A stretch of 64,000 bases of DNA from Felis catus (Eukaryota). Location: contig NC_058383.1 of assembly GCF_018350175.1 (NCBI RefSeq), forward strand, positions 16,680,001 through 16,744,000. Direction: 5' to 3'. Positions 41,303-54,740 of this stretch are shown here, piece by piece (the stretch's first letter is position 1; every line of letters starts with the position of its first letter). A program made the translations under genes and the position numbers. The notes under the pieces were generated by a model. That model had not been told where the DNA came from. It ran no database searches and saw only the letters and a list, made by a program, of their open reading frames with translations.

Positions 41303-42622
41303 GGCTAGGGGTAGGGTTAGGTCCTGGGAGGTTTCAGGGTCTAAATCAACATCAGTCCAGTGATCTCCCTGGAGGGTTGAGTTGAGGGCGCCTGTTAGGA
41401 TGCAGGGCAGGCATACGGTTTGGGTGTCGTGGATGACTGAATGTGTGTCACAGGCTTCAGTTTTGGCCACAGATCCCATTCTGAACCTCCATTCAGGCCC
41501 TGGAAATATCATGGTCAATTCCTGGGTTCTTCACTAAATATGTTGCAGCCCTGCATAGGCTCCTCGTCTGTTCTTTTCTCAGACCTGGAAGGTGGTCCTC
41601 CTTAGAACCAGAGCCATGACTAGGGTTAGGTCAGGCAACCAGGAAGTGCCAGGGGCGGAACCACCAATAATCTCCCTGGAGGACTGAGTTGAGGGCAGAT
41701 GGTCAGGTGCATGTCAGCCTTAAGGTTTGGATTCAGGATCCAGAAGATTGTGTGGACCAAGATTGGGGAACGTCTCAGGATCCCCTCCTGCAGCTCCATC
41801 CTGGCCCTGGAAATATCCTGATTAAATTCTGGCTTCCATGCTAAATATTATACATTGGTCATTGGACCCAAATCTGTTCTCTCAGACCTTAAGGTGGGCC
41901 CCCTTAGGGCCAGGGCCCTGTCAAGTGTTAGGATTAGTTCCTGGGAAGTGCCAGGGGCTAAACCTCCAGCAGCACAGTGATATCCCTGGAAGACTAAGTT
42001 GAGGGCATGTGTCAGGTTGCAGGTCAGGCTTAGTCTTTGGGTTCAAGGGGCAGCCTATGGTGTGGGGCAAGCTTAGGTTTGGCCTCTGGATCCCCCTTGT
42101 GCAGCTCCTTTAGTGCTTTGGAAATAGCATGGCAATTTTCCAAGTTCCATGCTTAATAATCCCTCACCAGTTATGGGCTCCAAATAAGTTCTGTTCTTAC
42201 ACCTAGGAAATAAGCCCCATAGGGAAAGATCCTTGGCTAGGGTTAGGGTCAGGTCCTAGGAGGTTTCAAAGGCTGAACTGACACCAATGCAGTGATCTCC
42301 CTGGAGGGCTGGGTTGAGGTCACCTCTTTGGATACGGGACAGCCTGAGGGTTTGTGGGCATGGTATGGCTGATTGTGTTTCCCAGGCTTAGGTTTTGGCC
42401 TGGGACCCCCTTGTGCAGCTCTATTGTGACCCTGAAGATGCCATGGCTGACTCCTGGGCTCTTTGATGAATAATTCTACACTGTTCATGGGCCCCCAAAT
42501 TTTTCTTTCCTCTGTCTCAGGAGGTTGGCCCCCTGAAAGAGCCTGAGCTAGGCTTAGGGTTAGGTTTCCGAAGTGTCAGGGACAGAGTAATTGGCAGTGC
42601 AGTGATTTCCCTGTGGGCTGAG
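41303..42622 (-). repeat. Third block of the ~310-bp TAACCC-containing satellite, about 4 monomers
   Basis: gtgatctccctggaggg.tgagttgaggg at ~41360, 41670, 41978, 42292 and partially at 42602; tagggttagg motifs. Confidence 0.92.
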
Positions 42623-43475
42623 TAGAGGGAGACTAAGGCAAAAGAGCATGATTTAAGAATTAGAGACATCAGTGACTCATTAAAAAGGAACAACATCAGA
42701 ATCATAGGTGTCCCAGAAGATGAAGAGAGAGAAACAGGGGTAGAAGGGTTATGTGAGCAAATCATAGCAGAAAACTTTCCTAACCTGGGGAAAGACACAG
42801 ACATCAAAATCCAGGAAGTACAGAGGACTCCCATTAGATTCAACAAAAGCCGACCATCAACAGGCATATCATACTTAAATTCACAAAATACTCAGGCAAG
42901 GAGAGAATCATGAAAGCAGCAAGGAAAAAACGTCCTTAACCTACAAGGGAAGACAGATCAGGTTTGCAGCAGAACTATCCACAGAAATTTGGCAGGCCAG
43001 AAAGGAGTGGCAGGATATATTCAATGTGCTGAATCAGAAAAATATGAAGCCAAAATTCTTTATCCAGCAAGGCTGTCATTCGAAATAGAAGGAGAGATAA
43101 AAAGTTTCCCAGGCAAACAAAAATTGAAGGAGTTTGACCACTAAACCATCCCTGCAAGAAATTTTAAGGGGGACTCTCTGAGGTGAGGAAAGATGAAAAA
43201 AGAAAGAAGAAAGAAAGAAAGAAAGACCAAAAGCAACAAAGATCAGAAAGGACCAGAGAACACCACAAGAAACTCCAACTCTACAAGCATCATAATGGCA
43301 ATGAATTCATATCTTTCAATACTCACTTAAACACTAAAAAGCAAGTTATGGAATGGGAGAAGATATTTGCATGATATATCTAATGAATCACTAATATCCA
43401 AAATATATAAAAAACAGACATAACACAAGGCCCAAAAAAACAAATAACCAAATTAAAAAACTGGGCAGAAGACTT
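42623..43475 (+). mobile_element. L1 fragments (ORF1 3' half, inter-ORF region, short ORF2-end piece)
   Basis: aacaacatcagaatcataggtgtcccagaa (NNIRIIGVPE), tggcaggccagaaaggagtgg, gaatgggagaagatatttgc. Confidence 0.88.
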
Positions 43476-44049
43476 GGCAAACCCCATTAAAGGGTTTTGA
43501 CAACAGTGTGACACATTTTGTCTGACACCATCATTTTGAATGACTGCATCATGTCCTGCTGCCAGAGGAAACAAATCTTCTGGGCTTATTCAGGGTTCTT
43601 AGAGTCAAAGCAGAGATGACACATGACTACATGAACTCTTTGTGAAGATCTCTAATCACCGTCTTTGCTTTCTAGAAGCAGACCCCTCTCCACTGGAATT
43701 AAAGGTGATGACAGCTGAAATCATGGCAATAATCACCCTCCAATAAAAGAGCTGAGGCCCCTCTAACTACTGAAAACTGAGTGTCCTTCTCTCTGATGCA
43801 CAATAAGTGCCCTAGTTTCAAGAGTTTGGTGCAATATTTTTGCTGGTTTTCTGGATGAGAATTTACACCAAATTTATTGTCCTATGTTCACTTTTTTAAT
43901 GCTGAGTGAGGCTGGATGTTCATCACTTACATCAATTTCCAAAATGTAGCACTGTTCTCAGTTCTGGGCTGAGCCTGCTGAACCCACTGTCCTGGACATC
44001 TCCAGGAGGTGCAGACTGTGACCCATGTACACCCAGGAAACTTCACTCC

Positions 44050-44616
44050 TTGTGAAAACACCAAGGTGTTAGTGACTGGCTTCTAACCAACAGAATACAG
44101 TCGGAGTGATGGGAGGTCAGTTTCAAGATTTCATACACAAATTTTGTCACTTTCTTCTCATTTGCTTTGTCCTCTGTTCTCTCTCTATGTCTGTCTACTC
44201 CTCTCTCTCTCTCTCTCTCTTCTAACCTTCTCTCTCTCTCTGCTCTCCATCCTCATTTCCTCTCTCTGTCTCTCCCCTACCCCCTGGAAATGGGGAATCA
44301 AGCACTTAGGAGCTACAATATAAGAACCCTATATAGTATGGAAACAAACAAGTTCCCACATCAAAAGATTTAAATAGGTTCTCAGTTCAAACTTAATTCT
44401 GGCATTGCCTGTGTGAGTGAACTTGGGAGTAAAGTATTACCCTGTTGATTCTCAGTTGAGACCATGGCCCTGGCTTCATAGAGACTTTGAGGCAGCATCA
44501 CTCAGCTATGCTGTGCCTGGGTTCCTCTCCGACAAAAAAGTGAGATATTAAATATTTTTAGTTTATGATTCAAGGTATTTGAATAATGCTGTCATAGAGG
44601 AGTGGATTACTAAACA
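44050..44616 (+). mobile_element. Ancient MaLR LTR (MLT1-like) relic with internal (CT)n
   Basis: tagtgactggcttctaaccaacagaata; gtgagtgaacttgg; cagctatgctgtgcctgg..gtgagatattaaat...tactaaaca resemble MLT1 consensus segments. Confidence 0.6.
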
Positions 44617-44899
44617 TCTACCACATCCCAGTATCTGGTCTATCCTCTGCCTCCTCCCTGCCTCTACCCTCCCAGGATCCCATAGCCACTATTTTCCACC
44701 TTTCTAATGTTTTCTGGACAAACTCAATTCTGTCTCCTATTCTCTGCGCCAGGAATACCTTCTCCCTGACACACTGCAGACATGTACACTGTGGTTCCCT
44801 CTTGTCATTCTGGCCCCAGAAATTGTCACCTGAGTGAGGCATAACATTCTCTCCAGTGGCTCCCCAGCCTGTCCTCACAGCACACTCATTCTTTTCACA

Positions 44900-45085
44900 A
44901 TTACAGTTCTTGCCCTTTTTTTTTCACATGTCTTGTCTTTCATACTTTTGTTCATCTCCCCTCCAGACTGTGAAGACCTGGCAGGCAGAGAACACTTGAG
45001 AACACTTTGCCATTGTAAGACTTGCACTTAGGCTCACCAGATCCTCTAGCACAAGGTGAGTGCTAGGATCATTTACTGAATGAAA
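44900..45085. mobile_element. L2 3'-end relic
   Basis: tctcccctccagactgtgaagacc..ggcagaga...tttactgaatgaa is typical of the L2 terminus. Confidence 0.5.
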
Positions 45086-47349
45086 AAATAGAAGGATCGT
45101 GAAACACTCCCTCTAGATTTTGACCAGGTTATTCTGTGGAGATAACTGCTATTATAGGAGAATCATGTTGTATCTGAGGCAGGGGAAATCCAGAATGACC
45201 TCTGCATGAACTTTCCTTAGTTCAGTTCTTCCAGCAAAACTCAGTGGGCACCACTGATACAGGAGGCTGCCTGTACCCTGGTGTCCAGAACTAGCACTAG
45301 AGCCACAGGCATGAAGACCACCAAACAAACTCAGCACTTTTATGTGGCTGACATGAAAGCAGTGGTCACTTAATGTCCCAGGATAAAGCTCAGATCTACA
45401 GGTTCCAGGTCTGTGCAAGGGATCTCAGGCTTCCGCCATTCCCCTTTCTGTCCGTTTCCAGTATACACACTTTACTCGTGAGGCATCCTCATATCAGCCA
45501 AGAAAATGACTCCCCTATTCCCAAATGAAGTCCCTGAGGGTCCAACTGGGTCTACATTCAGTGTATAGTGCTCTGACATGTCCTTCCTTATACCAAGTCC
45601 TCACCAACCCAAGCCCCCAGGACTCACTGGGCCCTAAAAGACTTCCAGCAAGTATAAAGCATTTCTCCAATATCTCAGAACACAGTGAGTCATTGGTGGA
45701 AAGCCAAGGCAATTGACACTTTATGATTATATGGAGCTCTGGAGAAACCCACTGGTAACCATACAGGAGAACACTGAAAATTTTCTTCTCTAGCTCCTAA
45801 GGGGAGTTAGTTCATCATAATTCCAGGTATCCACACAGTTGGACTGCTGTTCCCTGGTTCTTTCCTCTGGAGGCTGGGCCAACGATTGGCCCTGGGTCCA
45901 GCAGAAACTTACAAACTTCAGGACTTCCTTACCTATCCTTGTGCCTTTAAGCATGCATCTATGAAAATGGATAATGCTTCCCCATGGCAGAGTTCTCTCT
46001 AACATCTTCTTCTTTCTTTCTTGTCACTTCCCCAGTGTCTGCTTTTTCCTGAAAACACATTCATTCTGAATGTGTGTGCCAGTTCACATGGGTGGATTTG
46101 GACAGTAAAATGACCCCACATGAAGAGGAAGTGGGCAAGATTCCTCCCAGAATACTAGAGTCTCTTGTTTCTAAGCCAAACATGATGGGAGCAGTTGAAG
46201 AGATGGTCAAATAAGGCAGACCCCAACCTTATCCTCTGGACTCTGCCCACTTCCTGTGATTTGGGCCAGTCCTATTCTCTTGATCAGATCAGTCACCTCA
46301 TTGTACAGTGATATATTGGACACATGACTCCAAAAGCCAGTACTCAAGAGGTTGTGATGTCATGATCAGTTAACACCAGTTGGGGTGTCAGGTAGGGACT
46401 GCTCAGTCACACCTGTACCAGTTTACTTTATACAGGCATAAAATATGCATAAAACAGGCAAAGGTGTGGAACAAATGAAAAAAATTCAGGTCTGTGTCCA
46501 CCACCAGGTATGCAGGCATCACTAATCCAACAGTGCATGAATGTGCTCCTTACTTCAAGAAGTAGATCTTAAACACCACCCCACCTCACTACCACCTACT
46601 GTTCCCAGTAGAGAGGGAATGGATATCAACCAGGCAGAAGCACTATATTTTGGAATCATAAACTCTGTTTTCACACTTGCCTCTGCTGCTAGGCAGACAG
46701 AGATCTGTCCTTCAGAAGAACATATATCCTTTACAAAGTCACACAGTTCTCCAATGGTAAAGTTCTTGCTTTGGTGGGGGTTATATTTGGGCCCCTGTAG
46801 CAGATGTCAAAGTAATAGTGGCACAAACAGGATAGAGATATGTTTATTTCTCATATAAATGAAACCAAGACGTAGCTAGTCTATAACTGATTATGGATTG
46901 CCTACCATGGGAGATCGCATATCATTAATCTCCCTACTCTAACATTTTAGTATATGATTTCTTTTTGAAAGCTTAAAAATTCAGAATCTATACTTAATGC
47001 ATTATGGTGTGGATAGAACATAGAGTCATTAACATAAAAATTAATTGGTCTTGAAAAAAGTCATAAATTATAAAATGAATGCAGATAAACTAGAACTGGT
47101 GTGTTGAGCTATTTTTTTTAATTGATCAAGTAATTAAAATGTTTTATTGTTTTTCCCTGATGAACACTTTATCCACAAGCATTCTATGTTAGTATATTTC
47201 TGATTTCAATGTTTATTAAGCAAAGAACCAAAACAAAATTTTCATGTGTGTGATCAAAGTCCTGCAAGATCAAATGTCTGAGTCAGGAGATCAGGGTCAA
47301 AATGGAGGTGTAAAAATAGCAAGACCAAATCATCTGCTCATGTCTTTCT

Positions 47350-47872
47350 ATTTTTTCCAAAGTTTTATTTATATTCTCATTAGTTAATATACAGTGCAGT
47401 ATTGGTTTCAGTATTAGAATTCAGGGATTCCTCGCTGACATACAACACCCAGTACTCATCATAACAAGTGTCTTCTTCAACACCCATTACCCATCTATCC
47501 CATCCTCCACCCACTCAGAAATACATCAATGAATCGATCTCATTTATAGTTGCACCAAAAAGTATAAGAAACCTAGAAATGAACCTAACAAAAGAGGTAG
47601 AAGATCTGTACTCTGAAAACTTATGAAGGAAATGGAAGACGACACAAAGAAATGGGAAAACATTCCATGTCCATGGATTAGGAGTACAAATATTGTTAAA
47701 ATGTCTATACTACCTTGGGTGCCTGGGTGGCTCAGTCGGTTGGGCATCCGACTTTGGCTCAGGTCATGATCTTGCAGTGAGTTCGAGCCCAACATTGGGC
47801 TCTGTGTTGACGGCTCAGAGCCTGAAGCCCGCTTCGGATTCTGTGTCTCCCTCTCTCTCTTCCCCTCCCATA

Positions 47873-47918
<46 letters not shown>

Positions 47919-48120
47919 AATAAATAAATGTTAAAAAAATTTTTAAGTGTCTATACTACCCAAAGCTTCTACACAAAAATGCAACCTCTATCAAAATACC
48001 ATTAGCATCTTTCACAGAGGTAGAACAAACAATCCTAAAATTTTTATGGAATCACAAAAGACTTTTAATCGCCAAAGTAATCCTGAAAAATAAAAACAAA
48101 TCTGGAGGCATCATTATTGA
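47350..48120. mobile_element. L1 pieces: 3' terminus on minus (47350-47515) abutting an ORF2 fragment on plus (47516-48120)
   Basis: tacaacacccagtactcatc (reverse complement of 3'UTR); aacctaacaaaagagg..tgtccatggatt..ggaggcatca ORF2 segment. Confidence 0.8.
47717..47946 (+). mobile_element. SINEC inserted in the L1 fragment
   Basis: gggtgcctgggtggctcagtcggtt head, long (CT)n; TSD tgtctatactacc at 47702-47714 and 47948-47960. Confidence 0.95.
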
Positions 48121-49479
48121 ACGTATTCCAAAGAGCACTCAAAATAAAAAAAAGAAAAAAAAAAACCCTAATGATTTATATGGACCGACTCACCTATTCC
48201 AAGATGATTGTTATTTTGTCTTTATACTTAGAGTTCAACAGTAATAGAATAAAATAAAATACTTGCTGCTCAAGCATTTAGAATAAATGAAGAAAAAAAT
48301 GAGAGAAGAATGTGTTGTCATGAAGTTTCAATGATTCTTCATGACATATTCTAATCACAAGTGTTTCAAAATATTCAAAATCATCATTCCTTGAAGCTAC
48401 TCACCAGTATTACTTTGTGTCATTGTGCCTTCACCATGCACTTTGTGGAGTGGTGGTTGCTTTTGACCATGTAGATTCATATTTCAAGATATTTCAGGTA
48501 AAAATGCATTTATCTATCCTCTCCTGTGCATGCCACACTCTGGAGTGGAAAGTTTGGGGGTTTCTTATCTGGTTTTGTTTTGTTTGTTAAGCTCCTGCTA
48601 AAGCAATGTATAAGTGTGGGGTGAAGGTTAAAGTTTGTTCTTCATAAAAAAAAATCATCATTCCTAAGTGCTGGTTAGTAGAATTTGACAGAATCCAGGA
48701 ACCACAAAGAACAGACTGTTTTTCAAGTGAATTTAGTTATTTCTGTATTTGTGTCAGATATCAATTACCTGGTCAGAGATCACAGACAACTTGTGAATCA
48801 CAGATCACTCAAAGCTCAACGTCTGGAAGGCATTCCACTTTAGCCAGATAAGTTATTATAATGTCCATTTAGCCAAAGACATAAAAACAAAGAATGACGT
48901 GTCCATATGTGTTTAATACAATCCAAAGAAATATATCATGCTGCAAAACAACCAGGTTAGATTTTAAATAATGTAGAGAAAATGAAAATCAAATGCACTT
49001 CAATGCAGGTGATGCTGGAAACAGTCCACCTCATTTCAGGGGCAAGAAGAGACTGAAATCAGGGTTCAGGAGTGACTGGTCTGTCCTCAGACAGTGACAA
49101 GAAACTCTAGGCGAACTCCCACTCTGGTGGTGTGCTACCACACAGCATTTAGTTTTTGATGGTGAAGAAAGGTTGTTTTGTTACTGAGAACTGAGTGCTT
49201 GGCAGGATTCTGATGGCCCAGATGGTCGCTCTCTGCTCTCTACCAACCTCTTGGAATGCCTGAGCTTCCTACATTTGGAGATACTAACGGTTTGTCCCAT
49301 GCAAGTCCATACCTTGAAGAGGTGAAGATAAAAACAACAAACTCAACGACTAAAGGACCAGATCCCATTTCCACAGATTTGGGTGTCAGCCAGGAGCCAG
49401 ACAAGAGCCCCCAAATCACCACTGTTCTATCACTGAAGGAAAGGAAAGGAAAATCGTGATAGCCTTTTGTCACACAGTG

Positions 49480-52262
49480 CTCCAAAGTGTAGCTGATGGA
49501 TGTTCCCCTTAGACCCAGCTCTCTGATGTTGGTGATGACACCAACCTAGCCGTGGGAAAAGTGCTAGTGACTTCATTCAAAGCTTTATACCATTTTCATC
49601 CGAGGAGAAGAAATTTGGTCTCCTGTACCTGCCTTCAGATTCCCTTGCTCTTTCATGAAGGGGGATTTCATTATGGAGCATTCACAGACACAGTCTGGGA
49701 GTATTTTCTGATTTTAATCATGGAGTTGTGATTAGTCCCCAGTAATCTGGGATAGGCTGGGCAACAGGAGCCCATGGAACACTTCTGCAAGACCTACCTT
49801 GGCAAAAGGAGGGACAGGGCTTTTTGAAACTGTTCAGCACAAGAGGCTTGCATGTGCACAGGACAGATGATGTTGGGAAGGATCTGATCTCACTTATGGA
49901 GCAAGGGCCTATGGTCAAATTCAGGAGATACAGGGCTGTAACTCAGACAGTGCCCAGTCATTCCCAGGGAGTTTGCACTCCCACCATGTGTCATCACATA
50001 GCAGTTCATTTCTGATATCGAAAAGTAAAGGTTGCTCTCCTGTTAGTAAGAACTCTGGCAAATTTCTGTTGGCATGGGACCATTGCTCTGCTCTCTGTCC
50101 ACACTTTTCAGGAAAGCCCTAGTGACCTACCTCCTGATACACTCAGAGCTCATGCCTGTAAAGTCCATTCACTGAGCAGGTTTGGGCACAAAATACTTGA
50201 ATACCAGAGTACGATTCTGCAGACTTGCCAGGAGCAAGATCCTTCCTTGTGAGTCACAACTGCCTCTGTCCACTGATGAAAAGGGCTTGAAAGTTGGTGA
50301 TAGCTTGACACATTCCTGACCTTATTGGGGATGGGGTGCATGACTTTGCCCACAGGACTCTCTAGTATAGCTAATGGTTGTTCCACTTCTCTTCAGGCCA
50401 CAAGTCTTTCTTACTCCTTGGACACCAAACTTGCCCAGAAAATTGTGCTAGCAACATTATCTACAGCTTCATACTCTTCTCATCTGAGATGAAGTACTTT
50501 AGTCCTCAGCGTATCATTTTTAATTCCCTTACATTTATCCTAACCATGTGTTCACTGCCAGACATTCATTGTCAGAGGCTGCCAGCACTTTTTGTCCAAT
50601 TTTAATTTTGGAGTCATGCCATGTTCCCATGAATTTGGAATACCTTGAGTAATAGCTGCCACTGGGGTATCTTCCTTGTCTAACATGGAAACAGGTATTG
50701 AGTACTTGAATGTGTTAAACACAAGAGGATTGCTTGTGGGTAGGAGCAGGTGATATTGAGAGACAGTTGGCCTCACTTCTGTGGCAAAAGCTGATGAAGA
50801 TGTGGCCTTCAGGGCCACAGTCAGAAGTAAGAAAAAAATTGCACGCAGATAAGGCTGATTAAATCCCAGTGAGTGTACATGAAGGTGTTTTTCTACCCCC
50901 ACAACAACTAATTTCTGATATCAAGTGAAAAAATGTTGTCTTCCTAAAAATTTGGGGCACTGAAGTCTGATGTTTGTGCAATGACTATTACTGTGTTCTC
51001 TGCCCCTGCCATAGACTACCTGAGCATCCTGCTTTCTGAGACTCTAAGGGATCCAGAATGCCCAATTTCCCCAGCAGGTAAAGGTAGAAAGAAACTACTC
51101 CAAAACTAAAAAATCATATCCCAGTCCCACAGGCTTGGGCATCAGCCCGTACTAAGACTCTGCCCTCCAAATCACCACTGCTTTTCACCACTGACAGGAA
51201 AAGCTGCAAAACTGGCAAAAACCCCAATCCCTCCTACACTGTTTCTGTTCAGATGAAGGGTGTTGTGCTACATTAAGACTTCCAGGTGTGGCTAAAATAT
51301 ATTCCATTTCTGTACAGCTCACAGGTTTTTCATACTCATAGGACACCAAGCTTCCCCGGATAATTGTGTCAGTTACTTCATTCACAGCTTTATTCAATTA
51401 TCATCTGAGATAAAGAATCTGTACCAAAGTGCATCCCTTCCAATTCCCTTGATCTTTTTCCAGGAATGTTTTTCTGCGAGGGATTGAGAGTCTGAACCTG
51501 GAAGTATTTCTCTCTGATTTTAATTGTGGAGTCCTGCTAAGGTCCTCTAAATCAGGATAATTTGGGTGATGTGTTCTCTAAGAGCTCATCTCTGAGACCT
51601 ATCTCGGCAATAGAAGGAAAGAAGCATTAGAAATCATTCTGAACAAGAGATTTTCATGGGGGAAGGGGCAAGTGTTATTGGGAAAGCCATTCTCACTTAT
51701 GCATAAGGGGAGGTAGGTATCAGAGGTCAGAGTCAGGAACCATGTGGCTATTACTCAGAGAGTGCCAAGAATTCACAACCAGCTAACACATAGTGATTAC
51801 TAAGGAAATATTGTCCTCCGTTACTGAGACCTCTGTACTTGGCAACCTTCTGCTGGCCTGAGTGCAGTTTGTTACCCTGATCTCCACTTCTGCCTATAAG
51901 GTTCCTTCATTCTAAGAAGATCAAAATTTGAGCATGAGCATTATTCCCCAGATACTTAGGGCAAGAGTCCATTCAAGGACTCTGGGACCATAACCCAGTC
52001 ACACACGCATAGGTGCCAGCCAACACAGAGAGGCCAACATTCTGATAGATCATGAGTGCCTCTACTGAATGGATGAGTAAGTCAAGAGCCAGAAGCCTTC
52101 CTGCCCTAACCAGGTCAGGATGCAGTGTTCTTGTGGCTGCTTCTACCTTTTACCTCAATCCCACGGGTGTTTCCTTCTTACTCTCAGGACATCAAGCTTG
52201 ACGAGGAAATGGTATTCATGTCAGCAGGCCCAGCTTCATTGCATTTTCATCTGAGATGAAGA
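49480..52262 (+). repeat. Highly diverged copies of the ~1-kb repeat (~0.9-kb spacing, about 3 units)
   Basis: gaca(c/t)caa..tt...aattgtgctag...catctgagatgaag recurs at ~49538, 50421, 51342, 52188. Confidence 0.75.
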
Positions 52263-54672
52263 GTATAATATAAAACATGGCAGAGATGTAGGGAGATCTA
52301 TACTTTGTGTATCTCCCAAACAAAGAAAGGCTAAAGGCAAAGGACTTTGAACCCCAAGAGTCTGGGAAGAAAAGAGACTTAATCTACCAGGAAGAAAATG
52401 GGACAACTTGGGAGACCATAGGTGGGTGATTGTGAACTGGGGGAGATAAAATGGTCCATGTAGGCATGGAGGGGAAGGATCCCCTTCTTCTGAGAGACAA
52501 AAGGAAGAGAAAGAGTGTCCGGGGAAGTGTAGGACTGTATCTGGACAAGAGAAAAAACCTTGGACTGGGACAGAGAGGGATCCCATCTCTAACTGCAGGT
52601 TAGAGGGTTTCTAACAGCAGATCTCATCTTCAGGCTGGGGCCTGCTGCCCTGTTCCCACACCTGGGGAGGAGGGGAGCCACCCCCATGTTCAGTGGCAGA
52701 TCAGGGGCACAGTCTGCAGCACAAGAAACCGGTCCCCTCCCCTGAAGGGCTGGGCACAGGACAAAAACAGCCAGGACCTCATATCGAGAGATGCTTCTCT
52801 AGTACTGGGGTGCACTGAGCAGGAGTTTAATTCCCAGCCAAGCCCCCGGGGGCAGAGCGAGAGAGACAGCCTCATCTGCTCCTACAGCACAGTGAGGACA
52901 GCTCCAAAGGAGTGATTTGAGACACCAGGTGGTGGAGAAGAGACTGGGGAGTCACCATTTTTCTCCCCACCACCACCAAGGCGGGCCTCAGGAATCAGTC
53001 TGAGGGGCCCACAGTAGAGGCAGGCCCAGCCTACACCAAACCACACCCCTCTGCATTGGGTAACTGCGTATCTACTGTAACAGGAAGATGCTGCAGAAGT
53101 AGACGGACAGCTCCTCCAGACCAGTGCTGCAGCATTGCCTGGATTAATTCTAGGACAATTTTGGATACATAGATATATTCTCCCCCCCCCCCATTTCTCC
53201 TTATACCTTCCCCCCTGTAGGCTGGTTATTCTGGTTATTGGTTTGTTTAAACAGACATATTTAATCCATCTTCTTGATACATGTTCTACACTTCCTTATT
53301 TACATTCCTTTGTCTCTCTCTGGCATAATCAAGCCATAGAGTTTCTCTGTCTGGGTAACTTTATCTTTGTTTCTATTTCCCTGCCTCCTTCCTTATTTTT
53401 CATTCTCCCTCTCTGGATTAAGACTTTTAGTCTCTCTGCCTGGTCAATGTTTATTTTTTCTTTTTCCCTGCCCCTGTCATTTCTTTCATTGTATGTGCTC
53501 TTCCATCAGCACCACCTCCACCCTGTTTTTTACTTGTAGCTGGTGTTTCTGGTTTTTTGCTTTTGGATTGTTCTCAGTTTGGGGGGGGGGTTGTTTGTTT
53601 TATTTGTTTGTGTTTTTGTGTGTTTTTGTCTCCTGTTTGTCTGTTTGTTTTCCTTTACAGGGCTACTTCAAGGAACAAATCAAAGCACACTTGGTGGAGA
53701 GTCCAAAACATCACTATGAGTAGGGAAATAAAATAACCAAAGTCACAACAACAGAGAGAAAGTAACACTCTCCAAAAAAACACCTCCTGAAGGGCCAGGA
53801 CCTGGAGAGTGTATGACCCCCCTTTAATATATCAGTGCTCGCAGGTGCAGAGCACATAACAAGCTTTTAAAACTCATAAGGGACAGAAAACTAGCCAAAA
53901 TGATGAAACGGAAGAATTCTCCTCAAAAGAAATTCCAAGAAGAAGTGACAGCTAAAGAATTGATAAAAACAGATTTAAGCAATATAACTGAACAGGAATT
54001 TAGAATAAGAGTCATAAAATTAATTGCTGGGCTTGAAAAAACATAGAGAACAGCAGAGAATCTATTGCTACAGAAATAGTCCTGATGAATTAAAAAACGT
54101 TATAAATGAGGTGCAAAATAAAATGGAGGTGGCCACAGCACAGATTGAAGAGGCAGAGGAGAGAATAGGTGAATTAGAAGATAAAATTATGGAAAAAGAG
54201 AGATTAAAAAATCCAGAATTACAAGGGGAGAATTAGAGAACTAAGTGATTCAATCAAGTGGAACAATATCCATATCATAGGAATTCCAGAAGAAGGGAAA
54301 GAGAAAGGGGCTGAAGGTGTACTTGAACAAATCATAGCTGAGAACTTCACTGCTCTGGGGAAACAGGCATTGAAATCCTGGAAATAGGCATTGAAATCCA
54401 AGAGGCACAGAGAACTCCCTTCAGATGTAATTTCAATTGATCTTCCACATGACATGTCATAGTGAAACTGGTGAAATACAAGGATAAAGAGAGAATTCTG
54501 AAAGCAGCTAGGGGTAAACGTGCCTTAACATACAAAAGCAGACACATAAGGGTAGTTGCAGACCTATCTACTGAAACTTGGCAGGCCAGAAAGCAATGGC
54601 AGGAAATCTTCAATGTGATGAACAGGGAAAATATGCAGCCAAGAATCCTTTATCCAACAAGCCTGTCATTCA
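52263..54672 (+). mobile_element. Older L1 5' portion (long 5'UTR + disrupted ORF1), 3'-truncated
   Basis: aacatggc near start; ORF1 from ~53900 (atgatgaaacggaagaattctcc); ends at YPTSLSF. Confidence 0.88.
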
Positions 54673-54715
54673 TCTGAGGTGAAGAACTTGGCCCTCAGTG
54701 TCTGTCTTCCAATTT

Positions 54716-54740
54716 TGATGATGATGATGATGATGATGAT
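54716..54740 (+). repeat. (TGA)n microsatellite
   Basis: About 8 perfect TGA units. Confidence 0.9.

Noticed and set aside
43900..45800. KRAB zinc-finger exons
   Set aside because: Donor-like sites exist, but no frame gives KRAB-A/B motifs and I saw no C2H2 array in the window
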